From an uncultured Bacilli bacterium (GTDB taxonomy: Bacteria > Bacillota_I > Bacilli_A > RF39 > UBA660): a stretch of 64,000 bases of DNA. Under the pieces are notes generated by a model. That model saw only the letters and a program-made list of their open reading frames with translations, did no database searches and was not told where the DNA came from. Each line of letters opens with the position of its first letter. The stretch's first letter is position 1. This document shows positions 9,814-19,030 of this stretch, one piece after another. The position numbers were made by a program, and so were the translations under genes. The stretch lies in contig CAJUPN010000003.1 in the NCBI GenBank assembly GCA_910588195.1, positions 42,842 to 106,841 on the forward strand. Direction: 5' to 3'.

Positions 9814-9921
9814 AAACCATGTATAATATTTTAACTTTGATCAATAATAATAATGTAATAATAAATTGATTAATTTCAAGACGTATTATTACGGAATATC
9901 TAGGGAAGAATTGTCTAGATA

Positions 9922-9950
9922 GAGACTTACATTACGTAAGTCTTTTTTTA
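9922..9950 (+). terminator. Rho-independent terminator after the DMT transporter gene
   Basis: Stem gagacttac / gtaagtctt (9922-9930 / 9936-9944), loop attac, then a T-run. Confidence 0.6.
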
Positions 9951-9962
9951 TTAAGAAACATT

Positions 9963-10268
9963 CTATTTAAATAGCATTATAAAAAATAATATTATTGTTA
10001 GAAATGATATTAAAATAGGTATCGCATTTAGTATAAAATAGATTTTCTTGATTGGTGGTTTTTCTTTCTTTTTTCTTAGCGAATCATAGTCTATATCAAA
10101 GTCTTCACAAATTTGCTTCAATATTTCTTCTGGTGGTAAAGGTTTAGCTCTTTCCCATCTTGCAACTGATTGAAAACTTACATTATATTTATCACCAAAT
10201 TCACGAGAAGACAAACTATTTTCATATCTTATCTGTCTAATTAAGTTTCCTATTTCATTATCTGTCAT
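9963..10268 (-). CDS. XRE-family HTH regulator with C-terminal membrane anchor
   Basis: HTH_3-like LSSREFGDKYNVSFQSVARWE plus a C-terminal TM helix. Start moved to the ATG at 10268 (RBS GAGGT) because a consensus promoter lies inside the longer ORF. Confidence 0.7.
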   Translation of the reverse strand: MTDNEIGNLIRQIRYENSLSSREFGDKYNVSFQSVARWERAKPLPPEEILKQICEDFDIDYDSLRKKKEKPPIKKIYFILNAIPILISFLTIILFFIMLFK

Positions 10269-10293
10269 ATCTGTTACCTCAACTAATATATAG

Positions 10294-10322
10294 ATTATAA
10301 TAGTTGAAATACTTTTTGTCAA
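10294..10322 (-). promoter_or_regulatory. Consensus sigma-A promoter of the XRE regulator
   Basis: On the minus strand: TTGACA (10322-10317), 17 nt, TATAAT (10299-10294). Confidence 0.55.
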
Positions 10323-10408
10323 AGTTTGAAATAATTTACCGTTTTTATATCTTCACAAAAAGATAACTTTTTAGTATAATTATTTTAATATAAGGGAGTG
10401 AGCATAAA

Positions 10409-11698
10409 GTGAAGGATGTATTTAATAATAAGTATTTATTATTAATTATCGGTATACTTATTTTTGTTGGAAGTGTAATGATTGGCATGAGTGTTTTATC
10501 AGAAGAGGAAGAAAAAGGAATTCCCAAAAAAGAAGTTAAAACTTATCAATATAAAATGTATGTAAAAAGTAGTTCAATTATAAAATTTATTTTTGAAACT
10601 TCATATGATGAATGTACAGATTCCCATGGTAAAAAGTATGCATGTGGAAATTATTCTGATAAAATCATTAATCATGAGATTTTTGACCAAGAAAATAATT
10701 TATTTAGCAATATAAATTTTAATGGAAAAACAGTTATTGAAGCTCTTAGTACAATAGTCGAAGTTGCTAACACTAATAATATTGAAGATAAATCGTTAAA
10801 GATTATTACTAATTATGAATTTAGTTATAAAGAAATAACTGATGAATTAAAAAGTCAATTTAACTTGGGAGATGATTTTAAGATTATTGGTATAACAAGA
10901 AAAGAATTTAAAGAAGAAGATGTAATTAAAGAATTAAATGAGGAAAAAGAACTAATTACATTTAAGGTTATATTTAATAGTGATGGTGGATCTTTAGTTA
11001 CAGAACAAGAGATTGTGGAAAATGAATTAGTAATTCAACCAGTTGTTCCAGAAAAAGATGGATTTATATTTGTAGAATGGCAGTTGAATGGTACAAAATT
11101 TGATTTTAATACGCCTATTGTTAGCGATATTACTCTTACCGCAATTTGGAAAGAGGAAGAAAAAAATAAAGAACAAATTACGACAACAATTCCTACAACT
11201 ACTTCTGTTCAAGAAAATATAAAACCTACTGCATCGACTACTACAAAAAAAACAACTAAACCTATCTCAACAATTAATAATATTAATTTAAATGATGAGA
11301 TTATTGTTCATATAGAAAATATTAATTCAAAGTGTGGATATTATTATTTCTCAAAAGGACAAGATGATGATGGAAATATAATATATGATGAAGAAAAAGA
11401 AAGGGAAGTACAAACTAAAATTAATAATATCATTAATAAACTACCAACTGGTGTAAAAGATTTTAAATATAGTTTTAATGATCATCAGTTATTAGTTGAT
11501 TATAAGGCTTTAGTAATTAATAATAAGTATAATTATGATACACTTTACAATAGTTGGAAAAAAGATTTAAAAAGATTAACTGATATTTTTGGTGATGCTA
11601 GTTTTGCAAATAGTGGTTCTTGCAATTCGCAAAATAAATCAATTCAATTAAATGAAACAATATGTTCTGAATACAATTTAAAGTGTTCTAGATGGTAA
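10409..11698 (+). CDS. Membrane-anchored protein with a Listeria-Bacteroides (Flg_new) repeat and Thr-rich linker
   Basis: GTG start after AAGGGAG and an N-terminal TM. The segment FKVIFNSDGGSLV...PEKDGFIFVEWQLNGTKFDFNTPIVSDITLTAIW matches the Flg_new repeat pattern. Confidence 0.6.
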   Translation: MKDVFNNKYLLLIIGILIFVGSVMIGMSVLSEEEEKGIPKKEVKTYQYKMYVKSSSIIKFIFETSYDECTDSHGKKYACGNYSDKIINHEIFDQENNLFSNINFNGKTVIEALSTIVEVANTNNIEDKSLKIITNYEFSYKEITDELKSQFNLGDDFKIIGITRKEFKEEDVIKELNEEKELITFKVIFNSDGGSLVTEQEIVENELVIQPVVPEKDGFIFVEWQLNGTKFDFNTPIVSDITLTAIWKEEEKNKEQITTTIPTTTSVQENIKPTASTTTKKTTKPISTINNINLNDEIIVHIENINSKCGYYYFSKGQDDDGNIIYDEEKEREVQTKINNIINKLPTGVKDFKYSFNDHQLLVDYKALVINNKYNYDTLYNSWKKDLKRLTDIFGDASFANSGSCNSQNKSIQLNETICSEYNLKCSRW

Positions 11699-11734
11699 AA
11701 GACAGGAAAACCTGTCTTTTTATTTATAAATTTC

Positions 11735-12673
11735 TTAACGTTTTTTTAATACTTCACTATCTTGTATTCCTGGAATTCTAGGATCCGAAGTTTCTATATA
11801 TTCAAATTCTTTTTCATAAAAACATTTTTGAAGTTCTTCTTGAGATATGGATAGTAACCCACTATTTGGATTATAGTAGTAATATTCTGTTTGGCTCTTA
11901 TCAGCATCAAATCCTATTTTGTTTAAAGCTATAATTGCAACAGCTGTTGCGATTCTATTATCAGAATATTCATTTTTTCTAATTATTGAAATACTAATAT
12001 TATTCTTTTTCTCTTCCTCATCAAATAAAATCTTTTTTAATTGTAAAACGTAGGATAAAGAATCAACTCCTACTATTTTTTTTGAATTAACTTTTTCAAT
12101 TAGTATTGAAAGTTTTTCATCAAGACTTATAGGTTTGATATTAGAAGTGGTTTGCTGATATTCACATATAAGTTCCTCAAAGGTCTCAATATGGTTAATC
12201 GGAGCATCACTAGAATTTAATTCTTGTTCTGCTATTAATTTGTAAATTTTGTCAACAGCATTTTTAAACTCTTGTTGTGTTTTCTTGTTTTTATTAATAC
12301 ATTTTAATCCAACTAATGGTTGATTTAATTTAGCTCGCATAATATCGCCTAAAAGAATAGAAGTTACGGAATCGGCTATCACCAAAAATTTATCACTTCT
12401 AAACTCCAGATTAGCATGTCCAGATCCATATACTTCGTTTACAAAGTTTTGATAATCAGCTTTAAAATTTATGCCTAATTCATCTAATAGTTTTGAATAT
12501 ATCAAATTAAATTCAAAACATACTACTCTATTATTTGTTAAATTGATATTAGAAACATAATTAACATCTTTATGCTTTTCTGTAGCAGGACCTTTTTGAT
12601 TAACCGCAAAATATTCATCATCATATGTTAATAATTTACACATTTTTATATAGATATAAATTGCTTTTTCCAA
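11735..12673 (-). CDS. Transglutaminase-like (Cys-His-Asp) domain protein, probable C-terminal portion of a split gene
   Basis: VCFEFNLIYSKLLDELGI ... GHANLEF ... IADS spacing fits a transglutaminase-like cysteine protease core. The annotated start is a TTG. Confidence 0.5.
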   Translation of the reverse strand: MEKAIYIYIKMCKLLTYDDEYFAVNQKGPATEKHKDVNYVSNINLTNNRVVCFEFNLIYSKLLDELGINFKADYQNFVNEVYGSGHANLEFRSDKFLVIADSVTSILLGDIMRAKLNQPLVGLKCINKNKKTQQEFKNAVDKIYKLIAEQELNSSDAPINHIETFEELICEYQQTTSNIKPISLDEKLSILIEKVNSKKIVGVDSLSYVLQLKKILFDEEEKKNNISISIIRKNEYSDNRIATAVAIIALNKIGFDADKSQTEYYYYNPNSGLLSISQEELQKCFYEKEFEYIETSDPRIPGIQDSEVLKKR

Positions 12674-12714
12674 TTGACTAATATCTTGAGGCAGGGAAGA
12701 TATTATTGCACTTC

Positions 12715-13461
12715 TTAAATCTTCATTAATTTCAACTTTTTAAATGTTTGATCTGTTGTTTTTTTATGTCTATTTATAGCTTGTAGGTCAATTTTTTGAA
12801 GAGATTTAATATCTTTAAATCTTGTTTTTATATTTTCTGGAATAACAAAGTTTTGAAATATTTTATTATCTCTAAAAAACTTGTATGAAGCATATATAAA
12901 ATATTCTTTTGGTATTCCATTGATTGTTTTTATTTCAGAATTATTACATATTTCATCAAAATTTTCATCTGGTAAATCCATAATATCTATCATCTTTTTA
13001 ATCGGTATTGAATAGGATATTCCATCCATTTCTATACTAAAACAACTATCTTTTGTTTTATCTAAAAGTTTCTCATATGAAATGGTATTTCGTAGATTTT
13101 CATATCGAATTTCTTCTTCAGGATTTAATACTAAATTTTTAGAATTAATAAGTTCTTGTATTCCTTCTACAATAGTTGATTTAGAATATTTAATTGTTCT
13201 TCCTGTGTCTCCACCAATTATATAGCTTACGCCAAACGTTGGTATTTTATCTTCTAAAAACTTCTTGGCATAATTATAATAATTATTATTTTGAATAATT
13301 CTTTTTAAAAATTCTACTAAAACGTCCTCCCCGTTAAATAATATATGTTCACCATTATCCATATTTTTCATATCATCAGAAGTTGTTAAAATTATGGATT
13401 CTGTTATTTTCCTAAGATATGGATATTTTTCCAACGATTCTTCTATTGTTAATTCTTCCAT
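12715..13461 (-). CDS. Hypothetical protein, probable N-terminal portion of a frameshift-split gene
   Basis: 248-aa ORF. Its stop lies just after an A5 run (coding strand; plus-strand T5 at 12737-12741). The downstream ORF's frame is already open from 12739. Confidence 0.5.
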   Translation of the reverse strand: MEELTIEESLEKYPYLRKITESIILTTSDDMKNMDNGEHILFNGEDVLVEFLKRIIQNNNYYNYAKKFLEDKIPTFGVSYIIGGDTGRTIKYSKSTIVEGIQELINSKNLVLNPEEEIRYENLRNTISYEKLLDKTKDSCFSIEMDGISYSIPIKKMIDIMDLPDENFDEICNNSEIKTINGIPKEYFIYASYKFFRDNKIFQNFVIPENIKTRFKDIKSLQKIDLQAINRHKKTTDQTFKKLKLMKI

Positions 13462-13565
13462 AAAACCTCCTCGTATAAAGAATGTTATGTCTTCTTACAC
13501 TTAATAGTATAACATATGAAAAAAATATTATTTTAATTTTATTAGATATTTTGAATTCATTTTAC

Positions 13566-13675
13566 AAAAAAATGAGCCAGCTTTCGCTGACTCTTCAGGG
13601 GGTTTTGGTTGATATACCATAACATTGAAGTGATCGTTATGATATACCGGTATGATATTGCTATCATACCTATAA
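13566..13675 (-). ncRNA. Candidate small RNA A (unknown family)
   Basis: On the minus strand: TTGACA (13706-13701) and TGTATAAT (-10 at 13685-13680, spacer only 15 nt). Two stem-loops follow, one a 13-bp stem that needs two G-U pairs on this strand only. Terminator is gagtcagc-GAAA-gctggctc (13593-13574) plus a T7 run. Confidence 0.35.
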
Positions 13676-13737
13676 TAATATTATACAAATTTTACAAATT
13701 TGTCAATTGTTATTCGTAAATAAGAAAAAGATAACAC

Positions 13738-14421
13738 TTATTTTCTTATTAATCTCTTTCCTGTTGAAATAAAATTAGTTTTATTTTCTTGCTTTTGTTC
13801 AAGAAAGCTTTTAATCATAGCTTCATACATTTGTAAACTTTCTTTGTCTGCTACATTATATCTTTCTGATAAGAAATTTTCTAACTTTCCTGATTTTCTA
13901 GCTCTAATTAGTTTATGCATATTTGAAGCACATGTATCTAATTCATTATCAACTATGTATTTTACCCCATAATTTATATTTTCTAAAGGAATTGTATCTT
14001 TGTCATAATAATTAGATGTTTCATTTAACTTTTCTAATTCTTCTTCTTCATAAGCTTTTCTTGTTATTGCAGTCTTTAATAGTTTTTTATCTTTGCGTTG
14101 GATTTTATGATATTCATTAAAATCAGATATATCAGACATAATAGAAAGTGGTATTCCTAACAATGACATTGAAGCAAAAGGAATTGTTACTATGAAAATC
14201 GGCCAAATTATAGTTCCAGATACAGCAAATCCCTTGAAAATAATTGAAGATATACCTCCAATTCCAAATAAAATTAAATTTCTAAAAATCGATTGTTTTA
14301 TTTCCTTTTTACGATAACTTTTATTTTCCTCTGTTCTTGTTGTATATTGCTCAATTGTTGCATTCAGATAAGCGATTATTTCTCTCTTCTTTTCTATTTT
14401 TTCTTCCATATTTCCTCCCAA
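13738..14421 (-). CDS. Hypothetical membrane protein (two TM helices, coiled-coil tail)
   Basis: 227-aa ORF with no family motif recognised. Confidence 0.45.
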   Translation of the reverse strand: MGGNMEEKIEKKREIIAYLNATIEQYTTRTEENKSYRKKEIKQSIFRNLILFGIGGISSIIFKGFAVSGTIIWPIFIVTIPFASMSLLGIPLSIMSDISDFNEYHKIQRKDKKLLKTAITRKAYEEEELEKLNETSNYYDKDTIPLENINYGVKYIVDNELDTCASNMHKLIRARKSGKLENFLSERYNVADKESLQMYEAMIKSFLEQKQENKTNFISTGKRLIRK

Positions 14422-14476
14422 AAAATAAGTTATTTTCCTATCCTATCAAAAATCTTTACTTTATGCAAATTTATTA

Positions 14477-16468
14477 CTAAGAATTAATTACATCATTTAA
14501 AATTTCTTGGAAGTTTTCATAATCTCGAAAATTTGTCTCGATATTATTTAAAATAAATTCTTCTGTATCTTTTTTGCATTGAAGTAATATTTTATAATCT
14601 CTCCTAATATCAGCAATTTTAAAAGTCATTTCTCCAGATTGTTTAACACCAAATAAATCTCCAGAACCTCTTAATTTAAAATCACACTCAGAAATATAAA
14701 AACCATCATTACTATTTTCCATTACAGATAGTCTTTCTGTATCTTTATCAGATATTAATAAGCATTTTGATTGTAAAGAACTTCTGCCAACTCTACCTCT
14801 AAGTTGATGAAGTGTGGCTAATCCAAAACGTTCTGCATTGAATATTGTCATTATAGTAGCATTTTTGACATCTACTCCAACTTCAATTACTGTTGTTGAA
14901 AGTAATAAATTAATTTCTCCATTTTTAAATTTGTTCATAACTCTATCTTTTTCAACTTGTTTCATTTTTCCATGAAGAGTGCCAATTTGATATTTCCCTT
15001 TAAAATTACTAGTTAAAATTTCCTCTATATTTTTTAAGTCCTTTAATTCATTGTCTTCTTCACTTTCAATTAGTGGTGCTACAACGTATGCTTGATAACC
15101 TAGTTTTAGTTCGTCTTCTATAGTTTCTACAGCTTTTTTTATGTCTTTAAATTTATATTGCTTAGTTATTATATCTTTTCGTCCAGCAGGTTTTTCCTTA
15201 ATATAAGAGATATCCATATCACCATAAATTGTTAAAGCATATGTTCTTGGTATTGGAGTTGCTGACATATAGAGTACATCTACTTTATTCCCTTTATTTT
15301 GAAGTGATTTTCTTTGATTAACACCAAAACGATGTTGCTCATCAGTAATGACTAATCCTATATTTGCAAATTCAACATTATCTTCTAACATGGCGTGAGT
15401 ACCAATAAGTAAGTCTATTTCATTATTTTTTAATTTAACGAGTATATTCTCTTTTTCTTTTTTGGTTAATGATCCAACTAAAAGACCGACTTTTATATCT
15501 TTAAATAGATTAGTAAAATTATTTAAGTGTTGAGTAGCTAAAACTTCAGTTGGTGCTAATAAAGCACTTTGAAATCCTGCCTTTTTATTCAATAGTATCG
15601 CGATAAACGAAACGATTGTTTTTCCTGAACCAACATCTCCTAATATAAGTCTATTCATTCGTTTTAAATTTTTAAAATCTTTTAATATATCATTTATAGC
15701 GTCTATTTGATCCGTAGTTAATGAAAATGGTATTTTATTTAATATTTCTTGTAAATCATTTTTTGTTAATTCTTTAATAATGAAATCATCAAATATTTGA
15801 TTTTTATATTTAATTAGGTTTATTTTAAACATGAATTCGAAAAGTTCTTCATAAATAAGTTTTAAACGAGCTTGCTTTAAAGTATTAGTATTACTTGGGT
15901 AATGTATTTCTTTAATCGAAGAATATGTATCAAGAAATTTATACTTATCATTAATATACTTAGGTATTACTTCTCTAACATGTGGACATTTCTCTAAAGC
16001 ATTCATAATACATTTAGAAATCGTCTTTACTGATATTCCTGAGCTTATATGATAAACTGGCTCTACTTTTGTTGAAATTAATTTATATAATAAAATATCT
16101 GCCGCTACAAACTGATTATTTATTTTATTATATTTTCCAATAACAGTTACAAATTTTCCTACTTTTAAATTTCGTGCTAAAAATGCTCGATTAAATATAG
16201 AAACATTAATAATTGTTTCTTCTGTCTCAAATTGGAAAGATACTTTATTAAAATTTCTTTTTATATAGGATATTTTAGGTTCTGATACAATTTTCCCTGG
16301 GATAATTATTGTAGACTCAGCAGAAGTTGTTTCATCTATTTTTGAAGGAGTAAAAATGTTATATCGATAAGGATAATAGCGAATTAGAGAATCGATATTA
16401 TAAATATTTAACTTATTTAAATGCTCAATTGTTTTAGGTCCAATTCCCTTAATTTCATTTAAATTCAT
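14477..16468 (-). CDS. recG: ATP-dependent DNA helicase RecG
   Basis: Wedge domain plus SF2 motifs GDVGSGKT, DEQHRFG, SATPIPRT and QLRGRVGR. ATG at 16468 preceded by GGAGG. Confidence 0.92.
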   Translation of the reverse strand: MNLNEIKGIGPKTIEHLNKLNIYNIDSLIRYYPYRYNIFTPSKIDETTSAESTIIIPGKIVSEPKISYIKRNFNKVSFQFETEETIINVSIFNRAFLARNLKVGKFVTVIGKYNKINNQFVAADILLYKLISTKVEPVYHISSGISVKTISKCIMNALEKCPHVREVIPKYINDKYKFLDTYSSIKEIHYPSNTNTLKQARLKLIYEELFEFMFKINLIKYKNQIFDDFIIKELTKNDLQEILNKIPFSLTTDQIDAINDILKDFKNLKRMNRLILGDVGSGKTIVSFIAILLNKKAGFQSALLAPTEVLATQHLNNFTNLFKDIKVGLLVGSLTKKEKENILVKLKNNEIDLLIGTHAMLEDNVEFANIGLVITDEQHRFGVNQRKSLQNKGNKVDVLYMSATPIPRTYALTIYGDMDISYIKEKPAGRKDIITKQYKFKDIKKAVETIEDELKLGYQAYVVAPLIESEEDNELKDLKNIEEILTSNFKGKYQIGTLHGKMKQVEKDRVMNKFKNGEINLLLSTTVIEVGVDVKNATIMTIFNAERFGLATLHQLRGRVGRSSLQSKCLLISDKDTERLSVMENSNDGFYISECDFKLRGSGDLFGVKQSGEMTFKIADIRRDYKILLQCKKDTEEFILNNIETNFRDYENFQEILNDVINS

Positions 16469-16542
16469 AATTAACCTCCAAAACATATAAAAAAATTAAA
16501 AAAAGTGTTGACAAAATGACCCTTTTCAATTAGTATATTAAA

Positions 16543-16640
16543 TACCAATTCACTTACAAGCGAATTGGTGCTAGTATCACACTAGCCAACCCCTTTTTAT
16601 TCTTTGAAGCAGTTCTCAGGGGGACTGCTTCTTTTGTTTG
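16543..16640 (+). ncRNA. Candidate small RNA B (C-rich, RsaE/RoxS-like in style)
   Basis: TTGACA (16508-16513), 17 nt, TAGTAT (16531-16536). Two short hairpins, a single-stranded AACCCCUUUUU, and terminator gaagcagt/actgcttc (16606-16631) plus UUUUGUUUG. No plus-strand CDS follows. Confidence 0.35.
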
Positions 16641-16676
16641 TATTATATAATTAATTATAACATAAAAAAGAAAGTG

Positions 16677-17207
16677 TTATTCACTTTCTTCTATAAAATT
16701 GAATATGACTTTCTCACTGTCTTCATAATTGTATAAGGGAGAATTTGCTTTAAAATGAAATTCTTTATCTCCACAAGTTAGAAGATATTTTTTATTTAAT
16801 CCATTTATTATTTTTTCATTGAATCTGTTAATTACTATTTCTTTATTATTTAAGTAGCAATAATTAATTGAGGAACTCCAATTCATAATTATGAGATTGT
16901 CTTCGTTTAGATGATTCTTTAATATATCTATGTCTGTTATTATTTTATAATTCAACAATCCCATATTCTCAAATACATATCGATAAACAAATATATCTGA
17001 ATTACACAAAAGATTATCTAGTATAAAGATATATCTTTTTTTTATAAAGTTTTTATTTATTAATCTGTTTAGATACAAAATCAGTTTATGAACATTATCT
17101 ACTTTACCATCTTTTATATATTTAGATTCATATTTTTTTAATTTTTTATTAACATATGTATAAATAAAGTTGTCCGTTATTTTAACATACATATTTTTTC
17201 TACTCAT
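16677..17207 (-). CDS. Hypothetical protein
   Basis: 176-aa ORF, start/stop-coupled to the upstream M23-like gene. Confidence 0.45.
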   Translation of the reverse strand: MSRKNMYVKITDNFIYTYVNKKLKKYESKYIKDGKVDNVHKLILYLNRLINKNFIKKRYIFILDNLLCNSDIFVYRYVFENMGLLNYKIITDIDILKNHLNEDNLIIMNWSSSINYCYLNNKEIVINRFNEKIINGLNKKYLLTCGDKEFHFKANSPLYNYEDSEKVIFNFIEESE

Positions 17208-17839
17208 TAGTTCATTTCTTCTATTTCTTTATCATAGTAGTCTTCTGGATTAACATATTTACCATCACAAATCATTTCAAAGTATAACATATTTTCTGAA
17301 ACACTTGTAACTTTGTTAATTCCACTTGTTCCAATTATTTCACCTGTATTAACAGTGTCTCCAACATTGACTTTTGCATCTTTAATGCTAGAATATTTTG
17401 TTGTTAAATTATTATTGTGTTTAATTGTTATTATTGTTCCAAATACTTCATCTTGTTTAATATCTTCTACTTTTCCTTCAGCAATAGCCAATATATCAAA
17501 AGATGATTCATTGGAATAAATTATACCTGTACTTGGCATATATGTATTATCGTATAATATAAGAGCTTTTTCTTGGTCTTCTTTTGAGGAATCTTTACTA
17601 TAAAATTTTACTTGTATGTTTGTTTTTTCATCATTAAATGGTTTTTCTATTTTTTTTGCTACTTCATTTACTACAGGTAAATCTGTTGATGCAAGATCTT
17701 TTAAGATAAAAGAATTATCATCACCTTTTAATGCATAAAATACATTTTTTGATATAAATGATGTTACTCCAATTATACCAACCACAAATAATATAAGAAC
17801 ACTTAAACTAACTATTTCTACTACTTTTCTAGACTTCAT
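17207..17839 (-). CDS. Membrane-anchored degenerate LytM/M23-domain protein (SpoIIQ-like)
   Basis: N-terminal TM and a C-terminal M23 fold (GDTVNTGEIIGTSG, YFEM..DGKYVNP) lacking the HxxxD and HxH zinc ligands. Located next to spoIID. Confidence 0.55.
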   Translation of the reverse strand: MKSRKVVEIVSLSVLILFVVGIIGVTSFISKNVFYALKGDDNSFILKDLASTDLPVVNEVAKKIEKPFNDEKTNIQVKFYSKDSSKEDQEKALILYDNTYMPSTGIIYSNESSFDILAIAEGKVEDIKQDEVFGTIITIKHNNNLTTKYSSIKDAKVNVGDTVNTGEIIGTSGINKVTSVSENMLYFEMICDGKYVNPEDYYDKEIEEMN

Positions 17840-17886
17840 ATTATCACCTTCCTAATAAAAGTGTTAGCAAAAAGTGATAAATTATA

Positions 17887-18762
17887 CTAATAATTTTTTA
17901 ATTCAATGTTTCCATAATAATATTTAAGAATTTCTTCGTAAGTTTTATTTTCTTTAGCAAGCATATTAGCACCAAATTGACTCATTCCTACACCATGGCC
18001 ATAGCCTCTTGTTGTTATTTCATAGGAACCATTTTTCTTGGTTATTTCAAAGTCTGTACTTCGTAAATTTAATAATTTTCTAAATTCAATTCCTGAAATA
18101 ATTTTATTATCTATTGTTACTTCTTCTACATGATTTGTCTCATTTCTTTTTCCAACATTAATGCTATTAAAGCCTCCAAAAATTTCTTCTAACATACTTT
18201 TTTCAAATGAAGTTGTTACTTCATAATTTTTATTTTCTTTATCCCAAGGAGAGGAAACTGATTCTAAATTTCCCTCTTTAAAAACAGTTAAAGATGATTC
18301 TGTATAGCCATTAGATGTTGAAAAGTAAAAGCTTTTGAACAATTCATTATTTTTTTTCATAATTATACCTTTAGTTGCATTTACTGCAGAAACAATTATG
18401 TCATAATATTTTTGATAGTTATCCCCCCATTTAGAATGCATTTCTTCATCGCTTAATAAGCATTGATCTTGACTAGTTAAATTAACATTATTTATATCTC
18501 TTTGATATAATGCATATGTTCTTGAAGCAATTGCTTGTGCTTTTAATGCTTCGTTTAAATATAAAGCGGGCATTTCACAAGCTACTACTCTAACTAAATA
18601 ATCTTCTAATTCTTGATTATTATCTATTTTTATTTCTGTTGTTGGTTCTTGTTTAGGAGAAACTAAAGCTTCCTTTGTCGATGCATTAATATATGTAAAA
18701 AAACTTATTAATGATATACCTATTAAAGTAAATATACTTACATTGATAATTGTTTCTTTCAT
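17887..18762 (-). CDS. spoIID: Stage II sporulation protein D (SpoIID/LytB domain)
   Basis: ALKAQAIASRTYA and GYGHGVGMSQFGA motifs. N-terminal TM. Confidence 0.85.
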   Translation of the reverse strand: MKETIINVSIFTLIGISLISFFTYINASTKEALVSPKQEPTTEIKIDNNQELEDYLVRVVACEMPALYLNEALKAQAIASRTYALYQRDINNVNLTSQDQCLLSDEEMHSKWGDNYQKYYDIIVSAVNATKGIIMKKNNELFKSFYFSTSNGYTESSLTVFKEGNLESVSSPWDKENKNYEVTTSFEKSMLEEIFGGFNSINVGKRNETNHVEEVTIDNKIISGIEFRKLLNLRSTDFEITKKNGSYEITTRGYGHGVGMSQFGANMLAKENKTYEEILKYYYGNIELKNY

Positions 18763-18817
18763 AAAAAAATATCACCTATTAATAAGGTAATATATTTTTG
18801 ATAATTATTTTGTCAGA

Positions 18818-19030
18818 TTATGATAAAGGCATTAAATTTATTGAACTTATATCAATTATAAAATTAGCTAACAAGTATGTTAAAGCTAAAGATATAATAA
18901 GTATAAAACATTTGGATTCATTTATGTGGCCTTTTTTAAATATGTGATTTATATTAAGTCCGCTTACTGCAAATATTGATAACATTAAAGAAATCATATA
19001 AACAAATAATTTAAACATTTTGATTTTCAA
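18818..19030 (-). CDS. Small two-TM hypothetical protein
   Basis: 70-aa ORF overlapping the rpiB 3' end by 20 nt. Hydrophobic helices only. Confidence 0.3.
   Translation of the reverse strand: MKIKMFKLFVYMISLMLSIFAVSGLNINHIFKKGHINESKCFILIISLALTYLLANFIIDISSINLMPLS

Noticed and set aside
9814-9921. Short hairpins (cgta/tacg, atctag/ctagat) after the DMT transporter gene that might indicate a small RNA or riboswitch.
   Set aside because: There is no convincing promoter. The stems are short and AT-rich. The region is adequately explained as the 3' UTR leading into the 9922-9950 terminator.
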